From contig NW_020845694.1 of assembly GCF_003704095.1 (NCBI RefSeq), positions 496,001-560,000 of the forward strand: a stretch of DNA of 64,000 nt, in the 5' to 3' direction. This DNA is from Pocillopora damicornis. Lineage: Eukaryota. Under the pieces are notes generated by a model. It was not told where the DNA came from. It made no database searches and saw only the letters and a program-made list of their open reading frames with translations. The position numbers and the translations under genes were made by a program. Below are positions 59,704-64,000 of this stretch, piece after piece; the first letter of the stretch is position 1, and each line of letters begins with the position of its first letter.

Positions 59704-62700
59704 ATGCCAGTTTCCTCGGCCATGGACGGACCTCCCTCGTTTTCCGTTGCCGAGGATGGAGGTATTGGTTTAATTTAATAGCTTTTGAATGTCGCAAACG
59801 CACAAAAATAAAAATTTGCAGTTTTGTTTACCTCTTATGATTGACAGCTTGATGTTGTTGTATGGCAGTTCAAGTTTAGCCTTCCTGTTAGGGCACATAT
59901 TTGCAGGAACGAACAGCTCAAGAACTTTGTGATCCGTTGCTCTTGTAGACGGAAGACATTTCAGCGAGATCTATGCTCGTCAGTTGATCTCCAAGATAAG
60001 CAGAGAGGAGCTTGAAGACAAATATTTGAGGCTTCAGGAGGACAATCAGGTATAGACTGGAGTACACATTGTATGACTCCCAATTCGCGTTCCTTTTTTC
60101 TTGTTGAATTATTTTCTCCTCTGATTGAGACATTTGATAAGCAGTATATATGTGCAATGTATATCTCTGATACATGGTGGATTTAGAGATAATTATGCCT
60201 TCATATTTTGAATTTGGCACCAGAAAATTAAAATAGGTACCTAATCATTACACCTACACCTGCACATGTTCAACATTTAGATCCTCATCTAGTTTGTACA
60301 AGATGCTGGAAGAAACAGTCAAGACTTTTTATTTCATGGTTGTTCTGGGAATTTGTCTTCCCTCCTTTGCTCAATCATGTCTTACCAAGTTCAACTATAA
60401 TGGAGTTTAGAGGTTTTATGCATGCAATGACATTTATATTTTACTTTCAGCTTAAGTTTGTGTCAATGGGTTTTGTCCAAGATTGAATGTGAAAGCTATC
60501 TAGGCAGTAATGAACACTACTTAAGCAGTAGTGAAACTATGGTCTAAAAAAAATTCAGGAATTTGAATCCATGTACAGGACTTGAATCCATGACCTCTGG
60601 GATACTGGTGCAGTGCTCTATCAAGTGAGCTACTAACCAGTTGTTTTGCCAACAAGTCATTTCACCAATGGTAGTTTTGCAAACGTTTCTGGTCAATTTG
60701 CAAATGTGTAGAAGTCAGTTCGCAAATGTTTAGAAGTCAGTTCGCAAATGTTATAAACATTTGCGTGTCAACCTGGGTTTAACTATAAAATTCAGAATAC
60801 TACATTAATGACTTGTTGTATGCGTAAATTATTGGATGTGAAATCTCACAGCTTATTTCTCACTAAAATATATTTCATATTTAATCAAATGGACAGATTT
60901 TATCCCATGTCTTGGTAGTTGTGGACCTTCCCTCCAAGAGCAAAACCTCCTGACAGAACACAACAACAGTAAGACCTGTTTCATATCAGTAGATTGATTT
61001 GCAGATAAGAGCTACTATACAAGCAACATGCAAATCCTGCAATAGAGCGAGACTGTATTACTTAAGCTGGAGAGTTTGTATGCTCAAATGTTGACATCTC
61101 AAATCTACAAAGCATGTGAACTGACTTCTACACAAGTCATATAAATGTTTATAACATTTGTAAACTGACTTCTACACGTTTGTGAACTGACTAGAGATGT
61201 TTGCAAAATGACCAGCATTCTGTGAGCATTATGAGCAAACTGGGAGCTGATCATTATGTTGGTTCATAACAAACCTGTAAAGCAATGAATCAATGACTGT
61301 GAATATATTAACATCACTTACATGTATATGAACTGCAGTTTTGAGAAATGAATATGAAAGGGATCTTTGGAGTAATGAACACTACTTAAGTTGCATTGGA
61401 AATAAGGCTTGGAAAAAAATTTAGGCTACTACAGGATGAATTGATGAATCACAGGTTTATTTTGAACCTACATAATGATCAGTTCCCAGTTAGTCTGTAA
61501 GCTCAGTTGGTTAAGAGCACTGAACCAGTATCACAGAGACCATGGGTTCAAATCCCATACAGGCCTGAATTTATTTTCTTCAGGCCTTATTTTCACTACA
61601 GTAACTGTTTGAGTAGTGTTCATTACTAGGAAGATCACTTTCATATTCATCTCTTAAACTGCAGTTCACATATATGATTTTCATATATTCAGTTTTTGTC
61701 CCAGATTGTTACTTACATTGCTGAATGATCTTAATGAAATGTATATTAATTACTGAGCTTTCACAGTCATTATACTTATACACAAAAATTTTTAATTGCT
61801 ACAGGAGTTAAAGAAATATGCAAGGAAGCAGGAGGAGAAGATCAAAAAGTATTTGATATATTCTGAACACATTAGTAGAAACTTCTAACTAAAAAGATCT
61901 TCAATAGTAGCAATAGATTTTCAATTTAAATGTCACATCAAATAATTTTTTTCTATAATTAGCTAGTTTTCTACTCGTTTTACTCATTTTTTCTGAACTT
62001 AGGATGGCAACTAAGCTGTTGCGATTGGTGCATGACAAGAAAAGGGAAGCCACAGATGGAGGTACTGTTATCAGTGGGTAATACAATATTCCCAACAAAC
62101 CTATCCAGTTACTTGCCTATAACTTTAGATTGTAACAGTATATTTTCTGTTACCCTGTATATATAGTTGCATCATTCAAATTTGCACTCTCAGAAGAATC
62201 AATTAAAGTCTGAAAGCTTTGGTCTCAAAATGCTAGGGTGTTCAGCCCTTAAGAGCTTTGATTCATAGGTATGGTCCTGAGCCAAACTTAGATTCCCATG
62301 ACACTTCAGCTTGGTCCCCTACATGTACATGGTGCAAATGATGTGAAATGTACATGAACCTGTATCAACTTCCCAAATTTAATCAGGTAGATATATTGTG
62401 ACTTTGTTTGCTTTTAAGATTTCATATATTTGCTATAATTTCCTTGAAATAGTGTCTGCTGTAAACAATGTGGATACAAGAGAGAAAATTGCAGATCTGG
62501 AAGCTAAAATTGTAGATTTAGAAAAGCAGAATGTTGGATTGAAAAATAAGGTACAGTTCATAACCAGTTTTCAGTACAATTACCAAATTCATCATAACAT
62601 GTACTTTATTCTGTCCTTTAAACATGTGTTTTGTTAATATATACAGTATAATATTTTTGTTATTTCTGTAAAATCAACCAGTATTAAGTTCAAACTCACA

Positions 62701-63217
62701 GTGATTTATGATTATTTTCAATGGTTATTTTTTAAGCTTACGGTTGCCAAGCAACAACTACAGACCCAAGGGAAGCGTGCCACACCTTATGATCATGTGA
62801 AACCTCGTGTTCAAACAGTAAGTGGAGATCAACATCAAGTGTATTTTAGTCAGATCAAATCTTTTTGGTCAATTTCTTCTATTTGGTTGAGAATTTATTA
62901 AAGATATGGAGTGGCTTGCATGTACAAATGCAATTGTTGCATTATCAAAAGTAGTCACATAGACTTGTTCATTGTTACCAGCATTACATGATTAAGTGTC
63001 GTATTATGTAAATTCAAGAGAATGGGCATTTTAAAAATAATTATGACTGGAATAATTACAGTTTGAATGAAAATGGTTTGTCTGTTTGTTTTCTTCTTCT
63101 TTCTTTCTTTCTTTCTTTATATAATATAACCTTGTTTCTTTTTCAGGGTATTCATGCCAGAACACCATCAGGAAACCAACTGAAGAAAGATTTAAGAGTT
63201 CAAGGCCATGATATGAA
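59704..63217 (+). CDS. RPGRIP1L: Protein fantom / RPGRIP1L, 5' part (coiled-coil N-terminus; continues beyond the gap)
   Basis: Exons 59704-59761 (first exon less certain), 59949-60049, 61805-61848, 62003-62061, 62453-62550, 62737-62817, 63147-63217. They give [47 protein letters not shown]...LEKQNVGLKNKLTVAKQQLQTQGKRATPY, matching the vertebrate RPGRIP1L N-terminus. Confidence 0.88.
60500..61700. mobile_element. tRNA-derived inverted-repeat element with a nested MITE (about 60640-61220) in RPGRIP1L intron 2
   Basis: gtaatgaacactacttaag...ggacttgaatccatgacctc...gagcta at left; gctcagttggttaagagcac...ggttcaaatccc...gtagtgttcattac at right. Inner inverted arms agaagtcagttcgcaaatg / aactgacttcta. 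Confidence 0.6.
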
Positions 63218-63398
63218 GTTAGTAATTCTACGCTGTACNNNNNNNNNNNNNNNNNNNNNNNNNNNNNNNNNNNNNNNNNNNNNNNNNNNNNNNNNNNNNN
63301 NNNNNNNNNNNNNNNNNNNNNNNNNNNNNNNNNNNNNNTTTTTTCAGTAACAACATCTTTGTCTTTATGCATTTATTAATTTCTGTGTATTGTATCAC

Positions 63399-63464
63399 CT
63401 CTAAAGGAGCAGCTTTGTACTGCTTGGTTCCGTATGCTACGTCACGCATCTGACTTTCAAGTTT
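63399..63464 (-). CDS. RPGRIP1L: Internal RPGRIP1L exon (KLESQMRDVAYGTKQYKAAPLE) in inverted orientation after the gap
   Basis: Polypyrimidine-CAG acceptor and GT donor on the minus strand. The peptide matches the RPGRIP1L segment KLEAQLKDIAYGTKQYK that precedes the first C2 domain. Confidence 0.8.
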
Positions 63465-64000
63465 CTGTAGAAAAAGAAAAGGAAGATTGAACAATACTTC
63501 AACGCAATAAAGAAAATAACAACGCACATCATATGAATAAATTTACAAAATAAGACACTACGTCGGTTAATTTCCTCTGAAACATTTGAGGCTCTGTTTC
63601 CAGGAAAGGGTACCAAATTTTTTCACGTCTCTCTCGAGACCTTCTACCATGCAAGGATCAACTCTCGTAATTTTTTATGACACGAACAATAGATGTCGGT
63701 ACTTACAGTCCGCTCTAAAGAGCGCATGCATATCAAGTGCACACGATTGAAACCAAACACCTAGATTGACTCACGGATTGACGTTGGGAGACAAGATGAC
63801 CGTGAAAGACAAAAGGATAGATACTTAACAACAGCCACACAGGCAGACTGATAGACAGACAGAGACAGACAGACAAACACACACACTGACAGTGGTCAGA
63901 CAAACAAGAAATACCTGCCCGAAAATCTCACTCACGGAGTAAACGTTCGGTCTGCTAATAGAAGGAGGAACATTTGCCACAAAACAAACTGAAACGTAAG

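Noticed and set aside
61497-61565. tRNA-like sequences (also 25075-25145, 14465-14520, 60575-60632)
   Set aside because: They have broken cloverleaves and continue into repeat bodies, so they are SINE or repeat heads rather than tRNA genes.
63935-63990. Possible extra minus-strand exon near the window end
   Set aside because: Splice signals are plausible, but I could not match the translation to RPGRIP1L or any other protein.
1-64000. Prokaryotic systems (CRISPR arrays, operons, IS elements)
   Set aside because: The sequence has spliceosomal introns and metazoan genes, and no regularly spaced direct-repeat array was seen.

Overview
Eukaryotic, intron-rich, AT-rich animal genomic DNA, most likely a stony coral or other anthozoan (inferred from the repeat families and gene content), with two 100-N scaffold gaps (16041-16140, 63239-63338). 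The dominant feature is a cluster of five paralogous P4HTM-like (EF-hand plus 2-oxoglutarate/Fe(II) prolyl 4-hydroxylase) genes that share an 11-exon structure: +4639-11328, -12893-18515, -20007-26491, +40960-47558 and +48826-55024. There is also a relic of a sixth copy near 19.5 kb. All five keep the HxD...H...K catalytic residues, but they appear to have cleavable signal peptides rather than the vertebrate type II anchor, and none has a KDEL-like tail. Embedded in the cluster are two intronless GILT/IFI30 thiol reductases (CGGC and CPDC active sites), three single-exon class A GPCRs with altered activation motifs, and two identical tRNA-Lys(UUU) genes plus one 3' half. The window ends with SDR39U1 (-) head-to-head with the 5' part of RPGRIP1L (+). 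A downstream RPGRIP1L exon sits inverted beyond the second gap. Introns and spacers carry SINEs, MITEs and Penelope-type repeats, some with hammerhead-ribozyme cores.
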